From assembly GCA_030264375.1 (NCBI GenBank), contig JASCQW010000162.1:107920965-107984964 (forward strand): a stretch of DNA of 64,000 nt. Direction: 5' to 3'. The translations under genes and the position numbers were made by a program. The DNA comes from Carcharhinus longimanus (lineage: Eukaryota). The notes below the pieces were generated by a model, which did no database searches, had not been told where the DNA came from, and saw nothing but the letters and a program-made list of their open reading frames with translations. Shown here one piece after another: positions 63,041 through 64,000 of the stretch (within the stretch, counting starts at the first letter, position 1; the number at the start of each line of letters is the position of its first letter).

Positions 63041-64000
63041 TCACATCATAGTTCATTCCTTGTCCTCTTGTAATTGGTACACATTCTTATTCCTCCCCTA
63101 GATTCCATAGCTGATCCTTCCCAACTGTTTTTATTTTGTCCTAATTAAACCAAGCTGAATGTGTGTATTTGGTTTAGGTAAAAATCATCTTGATGTAAAA
63201 CCTTAAGTTTCCCCTGAAGTGCTTTCAGCAGGCCAAGAATTTGAAGCTCTCACTTCCACAGTGTGTGCTGAGCCATGCATTCACGTATCTACTCAATTTT
63301 TTATAGGTCCAATGTGTATCTAAGATGAGTACTCCATAATAATATCTTTAGTTTTTTCCCTAAGTTCCTTTTGAAGGACTTTCATGCTACACACCAGTCC
63401 ACTTTCTAACTCTACTGTTAACCTCAGTGTCTTTGCACATTGAGCAAGTGCCCAATGTTCAAACATCATTTGGGGCTCGTAGTCTTGTTTGTAGAAGATC
63501 CTATTGCTTGTTCTTGCTGCACAATCCAAACAATTAAAATGTTAAAGCTCCCCTGTATTGTACTCCCCTGAATGCTTTATAGATTCAGGGAACTCTATAG
63601 CCTGAATGGCAGGCGTACAGTCTGTTTATCACGAACAGCAATCCTCATTCAGCTTTTTGGCAAAGAGTTTGACTTGATTCTAACTTTGATCTCATAACTT
63701 AAGAGCTCCTGAGCTCTGTGTTCTTCATTTCTGCTCCTTTTACATGAGAAAACATTTTCTTGTATAAGTTTTTATGTATAATTAAAATGAAAACTTGCAT
63801 TTATGATAGATGTTAAGGTATTTGCAGTACAATTCTGAGTTGCTGTCTTTTGGAGAATTTAAGTTTTTAAAAATCCAGTTCTGCGGTATGAAATCGAACT
63901 GCAACCTCAGTCTAAACAGTATATATGAAATATAGTTAGCCCTTGCTCCCTTAACGCTCTGTAATGAGGCAGTTAGTGAATGTGGCATTGGTGAGCACCA

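Overview
Eukaryotic, AT-rich vertebrate genomic DNA, very probably from a shark: it carries many HE1/V-SINEs, SacSINE1-like DeuSINEs and CR1/HER1-like LINEs. The window lies inside a + strand ELKS/CAST-family active-zone gene, best matching ERC2. Three internal phase-0 coding exons are visible (11547-11621, 31866-32021, 47054-47221), separated by introns of about 20 kb and 15 kb; the flanking exons were not found in the window. The introns hold layered, mostly decayed transposons: SINEs, CR1, Rex1/Babar, Penelope-like elements, an internally deleted Gypsy element, and hAT and Tigger-like remnants. N runs mostly fall inside repeats. None of the supplied ORFs is a host gene. The main items for follow-up are (i) palindromic Penelope-derived insertions carrying minimal hammerhead-ribozyme motifs, (ii) a LINE that appears to start with a tRNA-Thr-like Pol III head shared with a short head+tail element, and (iii) a two-copy composite element of about 250 bp with a Rex1 tail. 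All repeat family names and protein comparisons come from recalled consensus sequences, not database searches, and repeat boundaries are approximate.
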